Shown here: piece by piece, positions 17,811 through 26,342 of the stretch | Layout: the number at the start of each line of letters is the position of its first letter | Numbering within the stretch: the stretch's first letter is position 1 | Origin: a virus | IMG/VR virus record: IMGVR_UViG_3300029258_005088 | Length of the DNA stretch: 64,000 bases | Strand: one strand, 5' to 3' | Notes under the pieces: model-generated | What the model was told of the DNA's origin: nothing | Database searches by the model: none | What the model saw: only the letters and a program-made list of their open reading frames with translations | Program-made: the position numbers and the translations under genes

Positions 17811-18132
17811 CGAGGAGCTCCAGCATGTCGTCTTCTTCGTTCCAGTCGCAATAACCATCGAGCATCAAGGACACCGCCTCGTCTGCGTCGATCTCCATCG
17901 CTCCTTCGAAATGCCTCTCGGCGGATTCCAAGAGACTGTCGAACTCCAGAGCCTTCCCCGATTCGTCCGTGCGCTCGGCACAGAATATCATCAGGTCGGC
18001 AAGAAAGTCCGATACGGTGGCCTTGACGTCATTGGGATCCCCTCCTCCGTATTCCGCCAGGAGAGCTTCTATCTCCTCGGCTCTTTTCGCGTTCTTGGGA
18101 TTCCCTTCGAAGTTTCTCTTCACTTCGGACAT
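17785..18132 (-). CDS. acidic hypothetical protein
   Basis: Start re-called to MSEVKR; VSDFLADLMIFC...FDSLLESAERHF. Confidence 0.65.
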   Translation of the reverse strand: MSEVKRNFEGNPKNAKRAEEIEALLAEYGGGDPNDVKATVSDFLADLMIFCAERTDESGKALEFDSLLESAERHFEGAMEIDADEAVSLMLDGYCDWNEEDDMLELLDEEAESDA

Positions 18133-18356
18133 AAACTCTCCATGCAATGTTCTTCGTAACCACAGGACCACAGACCGTCGCCGATGTATTCACATCCGCA
18201 CGCCTTCTGATCGTGTCCTTGCTTCAGGCCCTTCAGGACCTTGTCCAGCTGCTCTTCCGCCAGACAGTCCAGCAGGACGTTTATCGTTGGATGGAGTCTC
18301 CCTTTCTCATCTGTCATGAGCTCGCGGATCTCCTCCTTCTTCTGTTCGCTAGTCAA
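18120..18356 (-). CDS. hypothetical protein
   Basis: Coupled ORF, C-terminal Cys. Confidence 0.6.
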   Translation of the reverse strand: MTSEQKKEEIRELMTDEKGRLHPTINVLLDCLAEEQLDKVLKGLKQGHDQKACGCEYIGDGLWSCGYEEHCMESLCPK

Positions 18357-18579
18357 GGGGCACCGCCTTTCCGTCCTTCCAGACGTAGTTCACGGGATCC
18401 TCGGAGGGCTCGACTCTGTACTCTCGTACGGAAGTCCAGCGCCATTGCAGATCCTTGGCGTATCCCTCGGCCTCGTCTCTAGTCAGAAAACGCAGGGTGT
18501 TTCGGCACCAGTCTCCGTTTCTTTCCGCGATTACATCCACCGCATAGCTGCGGGCCTCTTCCATAATCGGCTGCGACAT
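18349..18579 (-). CDS. conserved small phage protein
   Basis: GGAGG RBS; WCRNTLRFLTRDEAEGYAKDLQWRW motif. Confidence 0.75.
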   Translation of the reverse strand: MSQPIMEEARSYAVDVIAERNGDWCRNTLRFLTRDEAEGYAKDLQWRWTSVREYRVEPSEDPVNYVWKDGKAVPLD

Positions 18580-19414
18580 CCACTTCCTCCACTTTTATCT
18601 GGTGGGGGTTTTCTTTAATTACGGCCTTTTCGATAATATCCATTAGCCCTTCTTCCTCGAGGAACTTGCGCCAGCTTCCCGGCCGCTTGCTCTCAGGCTT
18701 CCGCGTTCCCTTGACGCCATTGCGCCACAAACCCTCTATGGCTTTGAGGTTAGGTCTCGCGTTGTCTTCCATCTGGACGGCTCGCAGTGCGAGATCCGGA
18801 TGTTCGTGGACCATTCTTATCAGCTCGTGCTTCTGCGTACTGGGGCAGTAGAAACACGCGGATTTCACGGGAACCGGCAGACCAACCGCCGCTACCTCTT
18901 CCGCGCACCTGTCTCTGTCCCAGTGCCACTCTCGCAGAGGATACCTGTACTCGTACTTGGGATCCTCTTTGGTGGCTCCTCGCTTGGAGTCCTTGGGCCC
19001 GTCGTCATACCCGATGAGGCGCGTGATGCGTCCTCCTCCCCGTATCCATTCCTGGAACGGTTCGTAGGTATCGACGTACTTGTCCATGGGACCTGCCTTC
19101 CATTTCAAACTGCAGCTCTTGCGGCCGAAGGCCAGGCTGGGAAGGGTCTTGTTCATCAGACAGTTACCTTCTAGGGTACTGTATGGTCCGTACTTGAACC
19201 TCTTCGGAACGTACCTCACGACAGTGACCTCCGGAAAACCATGCTTCCGGAGGTACTCGTTCATGATTGGTATGTAGGCATAGGTCTCCGGCCACTCGTC
19301 TCCGACGTCTGCGAAGAGTATCAAATCCGGGCGCCACGCCCTATTGATCATCCCCACCAACATGGCGGACGAGTCCAGTCCTGCGCCGTAGCTAACTACC
19401 ACGGGCTGTTTCAT
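18479..19414 (-). CDS. PAPS-reductase-family PP-loop protein (paralog 2)
   Basis: VSYGAGLDS, FADVGDEWPETY, CSLKWK, YPLREW, VKSACFYCP. Confidence 0.85.
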   Translation of the reverse strand: MKQPVVVSYGAGLDSSAMLVGMINRAWRPDLILFADVGDEWPETYAYIPIMNEYLRKHGFPEVTVVRYVPKRFKYGPYSTLEGNCLMNKTLPSLAFGRKSCSLKWKAGPMDKYVDTYEPFQEWIRGGGRITRLIGYDDGPKDSKRGATKEDPKYEYRYPLREWHWDRDRCAEEVAAVGLPVPVKSACFYCPSTQKHELIRMVHEHPDLALRAVQMEDNARPNLKAIEGLWRNGVKGTRKPESKRPGSWRKFLEEEGLMDIIEKAVIKENPHQIKVEEVDVAADYGRGPQLCGGCNRGKKRRLVPKHPAFSD

Positions 19415-19620
19415 ATATAGATTTCCCAGGTGTGGTCGTCGTACACCTTGAGCAACCAGATGGATCCATCCGGAAGCTGCCAGCTCGTTAGCCTGAATGA
19501 CTTTCCACGAACCGGGTGGTGGTACCCGCCATCCACTCTCTGGGTTGCCTTATGTTCAATCAGGAGCGCCTTCAACTGGCTCCGCCCCGTCTTCTCCGTA
19601 GTCTGGGTCTTCGCCTTCAT
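19411..19620 (-). CDS. hypothetical protein
   Basis: ATGA-coupled ORF. Confidence 0.6.
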   Translation of the reverse strand: MKAKTQTTEKTGRSQLKALLIEHKATQRVDGGYHHPVRGKSFRLTSWQLPDGSIWLLKVYDDHTWEIYI

Positions 19621-19984
19621 TGAGTTGCTCCTCTATCCTATTTACGAGGTTGTACGTCACGGTGTCGTGACTCTCCGAGATTATCGCCTCTATAGGATCT
19701 ACCATTTCTTTTCTAATGATCGAAGCCTCTATCCTGAGAACTTCCTTCAAAGTCTCGACCTTTTCTTCTTTGGTCAGACTATCGTACTTCTGCCTGGTCG
19801 TCGCCTCGGTAACCGCAGACAACAACCTTCCGCGTATCTGCATGCCAAGAACGACGCGCCTCTGTGCAACGGTCTCCGCTGCCTTGCGGTCCATGCCTTT
19901 CTTCGTCAAGCGCACTACCTCTGCGGCGACGTCCATCTTCGTCTGCTGGGACATCGCCTCGACCCAGCTATCCGTATCGCTCAT
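19556..19984 (-). CDS. helical hypothetical protein
   Basis: Start re-called to MSDTDS. Confidence 0.6.
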   Translation of the reverse strand: MSDTDSWVEAMSQQTKMDVAAEVVRLTKKGMDRKAAETVAQRRVVLGMQIRGRLLSAVTEATTRQKYDSLTKEEKVETLKEVLRIEASIIRKEMVDPIEAIISESHDTVTYNLVNRIEEQLNEGEDPDYGEDGAEPVEGAPD

Positions 19985-19986
19985 GT

Positions 19987-20208
19987 CTACTCCGGGGGTT
20001 TGTAGTTCACGGTACACAAGCTATAACCCTTCCTGGACGCGACTTCAAGAACGTTGTCGTAGTCTTCTTCGTCAAACCCCAGATCTCCCCAGAGTTCTTT
20101 CAGAAGCTTTCCGCTCTCGTCGTCATCCGCCATGAAGGAACGTCGAATATGCCGGACCTTGATCTCCGGAGAGAAGAACTTCTCCATTCTATCCGTCATG
20201 GTCGTCAT
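19987..20208 (-). CDS. hypothetical protein
   Basis: ORF with GGAG RBS. Confidence 0.6.
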   Translation of the reverse strand: MTTMTDRMEKFFSPEIKVRHIRRSFMADDDESGKLLKELWGDLGFDEEDYDNVLEVASRKGYSLCTVNYKPPE

Positions 20209-20608
20209 GCCTGAGCTCCTCTATGGTTCTTCCGCAGACGTGGGGAAGAAACCCGTCGCACTGCATCTCGTCCGCCGTTTCCATCTCCTCTTCGGAAGTT
20301 GTCTCATGCCCTTGGGCCGCAAGCCAGTGATCCACCTGGATGAGGTAATCTCCATAGGCCATATCGCATACGTCCTGCTCCAGCTCTCCGCCTATCCACT
20401 CCTCAAGGAAGCCGACGGCAACCGTTCTGACGTACTCCTCGATATTGCCTTTGTCGTCCTTCACCTCGAACAGCAGAGGCTGATCCGAGAACTCTATGAT
20501 TTCGACTAGCGTGCTTAGATCGTCGACTTCGCAGTACTTCCTCGCGAACGCGTCGATCTCATGCATGCTCTGCCGGCATCTATCCAGCAATTCTTTCAGT
20601 TTCTTCAT
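20189..20608 (-). CDS. acidic hypothetical protein
   Basis: ORF with GGAG RBS. Confidence 0.65.
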   Translation of the reverse strand: MKKLKELLDRCRQSMHEIDAFARKYCEVDDLSTLVEIIEFSDQPLLFEVKDDKGNIEEYVRTVAVGFLEEWIGGELEQDVCDMAYGDYLIQVDHWLAAQGHETTSEEEMETADEMQCDGFLPHVCGRTIEELRHDDHDG

Positions 20609-21056
20609 CGGACTCCTTCGCTACGAAACACCACCCGTCGATGGTCCAGTACTCCGTACCGTCTATCTCGCACTTCCTGGCTTCGTACGTATTCAATTCT
20701 CGCTGATCGGATCCGGGCTCGGAACCGTCGTCGTAGAAAAACTGAATACGGTGTTCAGTTTCTTCCTCCAGGGTGAAACCCTCTGCCTTCAGGAATCGGA
20801 GCATCTCCGGCTTCTCGAAGTAAGGCTCTCTCCATCCGTTCCAGTAGGAGTTGTGATCCATCATGCAGTCGAACCACTCCTCCGTGTTGATGGCCACCTT
20901 TGCAGGCGCCCAGTCCATGCTATAGGTGGTCTCCTCCGCGGCCGTCTTCGGAATGCGGCACTGGAATCCCCCGCCAAGAGGGAAGCAAATGTAATGATCA
21001 CGCTCTTCTTCGCGTACGTCATAGTACATCTCGTCTACTTTAATCAATCGACTCAC
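20580..21056 (-). CDS. acidic hypothetical protein
   Basis: Start re-called to GTG 21056 behind GGAG. Confidence 0.65.
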   Translation of the reverse strand: MSRLIKVDEMYYDVREEERDHYICFPLGGGFQCRIPKTAAEETTYSMDWAPAKVAINTEEWFDCMMDHNSYWNGWREPYFEKPEMLRFLKAEGFTLEEETEHRIQFFYDDGSEPGSDQRELNTYEARKCEIDGTEYWTIDGWCFVAKESDEETERIAG

Positions 21057-21567
21057 ACTGTATCTCCGCTTCGTATTCGGGATCGGACTCCGATACCTGG
21101 TTGAAATTGAGACCACCTGCCTTCTCCAAGGCCTTCTCCTCGGCTTCCGCAACGGAGCGGGCCTTGACGATGACCTTCATCGTACGGGTGGTCGTTCGCT
21201 TGAGCTCTCCCGAGAACTTCCGCTCCCGTGGGGGAAAGTCTATCCGAATGCCAAGCTGATCCGCAAGCTCTCCGGACTCCAGAGCCTCTCTGACGATAGC
21301 TTCATGGAACTCTCTTCCTCGGGATGCTCTCATCTTCTCCAGCCTGCCGTCGTGCTTCTGTCTGTAGCAGGGCAGGTCTCTGACGTCGAACTCGTGACCG
21401 GCCTCGGGATCCCACAGGTCTTCCTCGTTCTCGAAGACCTTGTACCAGTCTGACAGGGCAACTCTCTCGGAGAGGTCGGTCTCGTCGTTCTTGTAGACGT
21501 GGTAAATCGGATAGCCTTCTACTAGGAAGGCCAGATCCGGCTTGACCCAATCACTTACGTATGGCAT
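21040..21567 (-). CDS. hypothetical protein
   Basis: IYHVYKND...FDVRDLP segment; tiles with neighbours. Confidence 0.7.
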   Translation of the reverse strand: MPYVSDWVKPDLAFLVEGYPIYHVYKNDETDLSERVALSDWYKVFENEEDLWDPEAGHEFDVRDLPCYRQKHDGRLEKMRASRGREFHEAIVREALESGELADQLGIRIDFPPRERKFSGELKRTTTRTMKVIVKARSVAEAEEKALEKAGGLNFNQVSESDPEYEAEIQCESID

Positions 21568-21712
21568 CGTCTTGCTTCCTGGCCTCCGTGGCCTTCAGGG
21601 TTACCGTAGCGAGCCATCGCACGCAAGCGATGACCATTCGGAAAGCGGACAGCAGACAGTTCTTCAACTCTTCCAATGCCTCTTTGCCCTCAGGCTGTTT
21701 CTTTTTCGTCAT
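21551..21712 (-). CDS. small hypothetical protein (53 aa)
   Basis: Manual translation MTKKKQPEGKEALEELKNCLLSAFRMVIACVRWLATVTLKATEARKQDDAIRK fills the gap. Confidence 0.45.
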   Translation of the reverse strand: MTKKKQPEGKEALEELKNCLLSAFRMVIACVRWLATVTLKATEARKQDDAIRK

Positions 21713-21902
21713 TCTCGAATTCCTCCTTTCCTTTTCTGCACGGCCTGCAGAGACCGTCTTCTATGGGACCGAACGTGGTCCAGCCCTCTTGTTCGAACAG
21801 CAGCATATCGTAGCTGCCTTCCGGCTCGTCGTCGGCTTCATGGCCACACAGCCTGCAGAACTGGTCTACCACTCGATCTTCTTCTTTCTCGGTACTTTCC
21901 AT
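21690..21902 (-). CDS. small protein with CxxC pairs
   Basis: CRLC ... CRPC. Confidence 0.6.
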   Translation of the reverse strand: MESTEKEEDRVVDQFCRLCGHEADDEPEGSYDMLLFEQEGWTTFGPIEDGLCRPCRKGKEEFENDEKETA

Positions 21903-22171
21903 TTCAACTTTCCGTGCTTTTCTTCGAACTTGTCCATCGCCTCATTTCTACTGGAGGCTCTGACGAAGTCCTGGAAACCGTGGTCGTTCATGGCGCAATA
22001 CAAGTTGGCCGGCATGCCCCAGAAGGCACCGCCCTCGTCATAGCAACCATCTATGAACCGTACGTAGAAACAACGCATCGGCTTGTCCTTCCCGTCGGTG
22101 CATCTCGAACGCCCCATGGGGGCTCCGTACCGACACGGAACCGGGGGAAGCTGTGGGTTTTTCATCGACAT
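21866..22171 (-). CDS. conserved phage protein (YGAPMGR...YDEGGAFWG type)
   Basis: Motif recalled from large-phage hypothetical proteins. Confidence 0.7.
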   Translation of the reverse strand: MSMKNPQLPPVPCRYGAPMGRSRCTDGKDKPMRCFYVRFIDGCYDEGGAFWGMPANLYCAMNDHGFQDFVRASSRNEAMDKFEEKHGKLKWKVPRKKKIEW

Positions 22172-22449
22172 CAGGCACCTGCCAGACGGGATCCCGCCAT
22201 GAATTCACGAACATCTGCTGGGTGTATCCGTAGCTGCTGTCCGATTTTAATGATCGGGATGCTTCCCGCGTTTATGAGTCTTCGTACACTCGTCGAGGAT
22301 ATGTTCAGGAAGTGGGCCACAGATCCTTCCGTAAGCAGCTCTTCAAGAGGAAGTTCCTGCTTCACAGATTTAGTGTTGACCTCTATGCTTCCGGTTATCT
22401 CCGCACGGAAAACCATCAGGTTAGCTTTCTTTCTTTTCTTACTCTTCAT
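22171..22449 (-). CDS. excisionase-like/MerR-type helix-turn-helix DNA-binding protein
   Basis: LLTEGSVAHFLNISSTSVRRLINAGSIPIIKIGQQLRIHPADVREFM. Confidence 0.85.
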   Translation of the reverse strand: MKSKKRKKANLMVFRAEITGSIEVNTKSVKQELPLEELLTEGSVAHFLNISSTSVRRLINAGSIPIIKIGQQLRIHPADVREFMAGSRLAGA

Positions 22450-23345
22450 CAGTAACTACTATTGTTGCAATGGCCGTGGCTGAAGCGGTACTCTCTGAGT
22501 TCCTCCGCAGTCATGTGGCCGTATTTCTCTTTGGCAACCTCGAGCATCTCGGGGAGCGTCTTCTCGTTTCCCCAGACACCGACGTTGCGCTCCTTGTCCT
22601 TGCTCTTTTCCATCTTGACGCGCTCCTGCCTTACCCAGTCTTCGTATACCTCCGGGAAATCCGTTGCAAGCCACAGGAGCTCCTGCAGGTTCGCCCACGG
22701 ACACTTCAGACAACAGCTGGGCCAAGGGACTCTGTCTCCATGGCTACGCATGTAATCCTGGCACTTCTGCCTGTCCATACCTCTGTCTATCAAGGGATAG
22801 GACTTCTCCAGACAAAGCTCCTGCCACTTGGCATGATGCCGGGCCTTGGCTACGCGCTTCTCCTCGCCGGCGGCTATGCCCAGCAGGATCCGGATCTTAC
22901 CGAAGCTTCTGACGAACGCCACGATCGGCGCCTTGCCCCGGTACTTCTTCTCGGGGTTCTCTATGTCGTAGTGCTTCTCGATCCAGTACGCGAGCCAACG
23001 ATAGATCACCTGCACCTTGAGCTTGTCCGTACAACTCTTGGGAAACGCCTTCGAGAAGACAGTCCCGTGAGTGTCCATCTGCTCGTCCAGGCTATGCCAC
23101 TTGGGACTATGGAATCCGAGATCCGGTGTCAGCCACCAGAACTCGATTCCGTCCCTCATGCATATCTCGTTCACCTCTTGCGCGTACTCATACGTCTGTG
23201 GAAGCTCGTTGCCCGTATCGCTGAAGACCACTGCGAACTGGTTAGGTGCATACTCCTTCCTGAACTCGGGATCGTGCCGGTACATCGACAACAACGCGCC
23301 GCTGTCCTGGCCCATACCCATGCTCAGTATGGTAAGTTCAGACAT
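22449..23345 (-). CDS. PAPS-reductase-family PP-loop protein (paralog 3)
   Basis: LSMGMGQDS, FSDTGNELPQTY, CTDKLK, SYPLID, PSCCLKCP. Confidence 0.85.
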   Translation of the reverse strand: MSELTILSMGMGQDSGALLSMYRHDPEFRKEYAPNQFAVVFSDTGNELPQTYEYAQEVNEICMRDGIEFWWLTPDLGFHSPKWHSLDEQMDTHGTVFSKAFPKSCTDKLKVQVIYRWLAYWIEKHYDIENPEKKYRGKAPIVAFVRSFGKIRILLGIAAGEEKRVAKARHHAKWQELCLEKSYPLIDRGMDRQKCQDYMRSHGDRVPWPSCCLKCPWANLQELLWLATDFPEVYEDWVRQERVKMEKSKDKERNVGVWGNEKTLPEMLEVAKEKYGHMTAEELREYRFSHGHCNNSSY

Positions 23346-23616
23346 CTCTGTACTGGGGGTTCTCTTCGTTGTCCTTGCGTATGGCCCGGAAAAGCTCTAC
23401 GAGAGCTGCCCGGGTGTGAGGGGATCCCCCTCCACCGGAGCTCAGCTCGCAGAACTCCACGGACTTGGTATAGCGCATGATCTCCGAAGGATCCGGATTT
23501 ATGTAGACGATGATGTCTCCGTCTTCCTGAACCACAAGGCCGAGACGGCCTCTGTGAGACATGTCTTCGAACCTCTCAGCAGATTCGTTCGGTTTTATGT
23601 CGGATAGGTCTATCAT
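23338..23616 (-). CDS. conserved small phage protein
   Basis: QEDGDIIV...SVEFC...GGGGSPHTRAAL. Confidence 0.7.
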   Translation of the reverse strand: MIDLSDIKPNESAERFEDMSHRGRLGLVVQEDGDIIVYINPDPSEIMRYTKSVEFCELSSGGGGSPHTRAALVELFRAIRKDNEENPQYRDV

Positions 23617-24017
23617 CTAGACTCCTTGCTGAACGGGACCATGTGCGGATCGCATCCGTACGGACACATGTAGGCTCTGTGGAAGTCGTTGGTGCACGTG
23701 GCGTATGCCTCGGCCCGCTCCCATATCTCATCTGCGAGGGCTTCCTTGCCCACACGTTCCATGATGACCTTGGCCTCTTTCAGTTGCTCTTTGTAATAGT
23801 CCTGGTCAAAGTCATGGCTCTCCAGAACGGAATCGGGATCGAATGTCCAGCCGTTCTCTTCGGCTTCCTTCCGCTCCTCTTCCCGTTTCTCGGCCTGAGC
23901 CTTCTGGTGTGTCTTCCACTCCGCCCAGATGACCGCGATCTTCGTCTTGGCCAACTTATGGAGCTTGTTTCTGGCGTACTCGTGGCCGTCTCTGGTGTGT
24001 GACCAACTCATTGCCAT
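23613..24017 (-). CDS. hypothetical protein
   Basis: Coupled ORF; CTNDF...CPYGC. Confidence 0.7.
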   Translation of the reverse strand: MAMSWSHTRDGHEYARNKLHKLAKTKIAVIWAEWKTHQKAQAEKREEERKEAEENGWTFDPDSVLESHDFDQDYYKEQLKEAKVIMERVGKEALADEIWERAEAYATCTNDFHRAYMCPYGCDPHMVPFSKESR

Positions 24018-24487
24018 CAGCAGGGTATCCTGTATTTCTTGGCGTTACACGCCCGTTTACGATTCAACTCGGCTCTGACGTCGTCCGGGTGCTCCGTCTG
24101 GAAGCGCTGCAGGTTCCTGTTCCAGAACCACGCGCCCCAGTTCGTTTCTCCGAATACGTTCTGGTAGCCGTAGTACTGGAGCATGGTCGATACCAGGTGC
24201 TTGATGTCCTGGGACAGGAAGTCCTCCACGGACATCCCCGCGAAAGAGGCTACGCCTCCCCAGTCATCGACCCAGTTCCATTCCTTCTTCGGATCCACGT
24301 CCCTCTTCAGAGAGCCGTTGTCGAATGCCACATAGTTTCCGGATTCATCCGTTCGGATACCGTAGAAGAATTCGATCTCGTCACTGTCCGGATCGTCGAA
24401 CCACGCCAGGCCATACTCCTCGAGGGCTATGTCCAGCGTTGCATCGACACCGGCCAGGTGCTTGTACGATCTTACCATATCGGACAT
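24017..24487 (-). CDS. acidic hypothetical phage protein
   Basis: Coupled ORF; DATLDIALEEYGLAW. Confidence 0.7.
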   Translation of the reverse strand: MSDMVRSYKHLAGVDATLDIALEEYGLAWFDDPDSDEIEFFYGIRTDESGNYVAFDNGSLKRDVDPKKEWNWVDDWGGVASFAGMSVEDFLSQDIKHLVSTMLQYYGYQNVFGETNWGAWFWNRNLQRFQTEHPDDVRAELNRKRACNAKKYRIPC

Positions 24488-25209
24488 TCGTGGTAGTCTC
24501 CGCGCACTTGGTCGAGAAGCTGTTTATAGGCTTCCTCGTCCTCGTACATATCTGTGTTCAAAGGCGTAGGACGCCACTGATTCTGGTCGTCTATGTACTC
24601 CATATACCGACTGCACCTGACGTAATGGATCTCATCCACGGGACTGGACATGATCTCCATGTCCGCTTCGTCGGTGATCTGCTCATCCGGGTCCTCGTGC
24701 TCCGCAACATACGTGATGTACCAGAAGCAGTAGTTCCTCTCAGCTGAACAGATGGTCGTCGTCTCGTTCTTGTCTACGAGATAGACGTTGCTGATCTTCT
24801 TGATCTTGTGCTTGCTGAGGAAGCCCTTGTTCCAGTACTCGGTCTCATCGACCTTTACGACCCAGAAGTCCGGGGCGTTCTTTCTGCTACCGTCCTCAGT
24901 ATCCTCGAGATACATCGACTCGATGTCATCAGCAAGACCTGGCCAGAACGTAGGTCCTCGGCCGCCGTCGTGATTGTTCTGTACGTGCTCGACAAGATAC
25001 TCCAGCTCGTCATCGGCCAGCACAAGCTCCATCTCCTCGGCAACGTTAAGAATCTCCCTGGGAGACACGACGTGAACGAGGAATTCCTTGAAATACTCGG
25101 TCATCACGTCCTTTACCTTCTGCCTGGTTATAACGACTTCGTCGCCATCCAGGGCATGGCCCGTGAGATCTCCTGCTATCTGGTTAATCATCGATGCGTG
25201 TAAAGGCAT
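24472..25209 (-). CDS. acidic hypothetical protein
   Basis: Start re-called to MPLHAS behind GGAGG; contains HD..G..W segment similar to 6766..7329. Confidence 0.7.
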   Translation of the reverse strand: MPLHASMINQIAGDLTGHALDGDEVVITRQKVKDVMTEYFKEFLVHVVSPREILNVAEEMELVLADDELEYLVEHVQNNHDGGRGPTFWPGLADDIESMYLEDTEDGSRKNAPDFWVVKVDETEYWNKGFLSKHKIKKISNVYLVDKNETTTICSAERNYCFWYITYVAEHEDPDEQITDEADMEIMSSPVDEIHYVRCSRYMEYIDDQNQWRPTPLNTDMYEDEEAYKQLLDQVRGDYHECPIW

Positions 25210-25558
25210 TATTCCTCCTATCGAAAACGGGAAGGCCCAATGCACAGGCCGTCTCGTACATGTTGTCGGTTCCAGGCCCACCGGGGAACACGACTAGGGC
25301 TCCGACGCCCTTGACGTATTCCGCCATCTGCCTGTTTCGTATCGGGCCGGCGGCGTTTCCAAGCTCGCGCCAGTTCGGAGGGAACCTCTTCACGGAGATG
25401 CCTCGGCTCACGGCCCAGTCCTCCCCGCAGGTGTCCACTCCACTGGCCGTACCACTTACGACCTCGGTGACGGGCACCTCTGCATGGATCCAGTCCAGCA
25501 AGGCATAGTCCTCGTCATCGAGCATGACGTCCCGGCCGCCTGCGATTATTAGTCTCAC
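25184..25558 (-). CDS. SLOG-superfamily (YspA/DUF2493-like) nucleotide-binding protein
   Basis: RLIIAGGRD, VVSGTASGVD, AAGPIRNRQM, VVFPGGPGT; GTG start in GTGA overlap. Confidence 0.85.
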   Translation of the reverse strand: MRLIIAGGRDVMLDDEDYALLDWIHAEVPVTEVVSGTASGVDTCGEDWAVSRGISVKRFPPNWRELGNAAGPIRNRQMAEYVKGVGALVVFPGGPGTDNMYETACALGLPVFDRRNNAFTRIDD

Positions 25559-25761
25559 AGGTACAGGTCGTTGAGGTCTCTGCCGCCCGGAAGGTTGACC
25601 AAGGCCTCGGATATGTTTCCACGCCACCAACCTCTCTCTACGAGCCTGCGTCCGACGTTACGGAAAATCTCCCGCTGCCTCTCGGTTACTTCCGAAGTAT
25701 CGATCATGGTGTCGAGCCACTTGCGGATCCTCTTCGGAGAGTTCCATGGTTCGCTAATCAT
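25555..25761 (-). CDS. hypothetical protein
   Basis: Coupled ORF. Confidence 0.65.
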   Translation of the reverse strand: MISEPWNSPKRIRKWLDTMIDTSEVTERQREIFRNVGRRLVERGWWRGNISEALVNLPGGRDLNDLYL

Positions 25762-26342
25762 ACGATCTCCTCGGTCCTGTGCACGACGTACATGCCGTCA
25801 TTGTCCGGAAGCTCGTCCAGACGAGCCTGAGCCTCCGCCCTTGTCTTGAAGGACTGCTCTTCTTCATTCCAGACCACGGGGGTGTTCCTGAAGTTCTCGT
25901 CGAAGCAGATCGTATAATCCTCGAGGACCTTCGACAGATCCGGGCCGGTGTACATCCAGTTTCCGCAGGCGACGATCCGTTGCCGGGGAATGTCTATGAT
26001 CGGCTCGGTGTACGGATTTCCGCTCTTTCCGTTGCTGTCCAATGCAAGCTTCCTGGCCTTTGCCACGGATCCCTTCAACAGAAGATCCCTGATCTCGTCT
26101 CGGAATGCCTTGCCGTTGTTCACGAGGATGAAGCAGTGGATGGCTTTGTCCGTCTTCGCGAATATGTTCTTCTCCTTGAGCAGAGAAGGGGGAACCGAGA
26201 ATCCGGTAGCCCGTAACGTACCGCTCTCCACCTCGGACACGCGGATGTATCTGTAGTGGTAGGAGAAGCCTCCGTTGCCACCGCCAAAACTGACGATGAG
26301 ATGAGGAGTCTGCTCCAGCTCCTTGCCGTTGAGTATGAGCAT
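25758..26342 (-). CDS. hypothetical protein
   Basis: Coupled ORF. Confidence 0.7.
   Translation of the reverse strand: MLILNGKELEQTPHLIVSFGGGNGGFSYHYRYIRVSEVESGTLRATGFSVPPSLLKEKNIFAKTDKAIHCFILVNNGKAFRDEIRDLLLKGSVAKARKLALDSNGKSGNPYTEPIIDIPRQRIVACGNWMYTGPDLSKVLEDYTICFDENFRNTPVVWNEEEQSFKTRAEAQARLDELPDNDGMYVVHRTEEIV

Noticed and set aside
18479-18579. Frameshift or pseudogene suggested by ~100-bp same-strand overlaps (also 27408-27507 and 42507-42610)
   Set aside because: In the first two cases the upstream proteins appear complete before the overlap and the downstream genes have their own SD, so lost-stop tail extensions suffice; the 42610 start is simply uncertain; no slippery site was identified
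22171-22449. Excisionase implying a prophage boundary or integration module
   Set aside because: No integrase, att-like repeat or host genes nearby; it is better called a generic HTH regulator
16731-23345. Complete Dnd/Ssp phosphorothioation operon or sulfate-assimilation AMG cluster
   Set aside because: No DndA/B/D/E, SspB/C/E or CysD/N/C/I/J recognisable in the window; only the PP-loop component is supported
25255-25285. tRNA-like signal (ORF track begins MGLEPTT; GTCGGTTCCAGGCCCACC resembles a T-arm)
   Set aside because: It lies inside the SLOG gene's GGPGTDNM codons, and no acceptor stem, D arm or anticodon arm can be built
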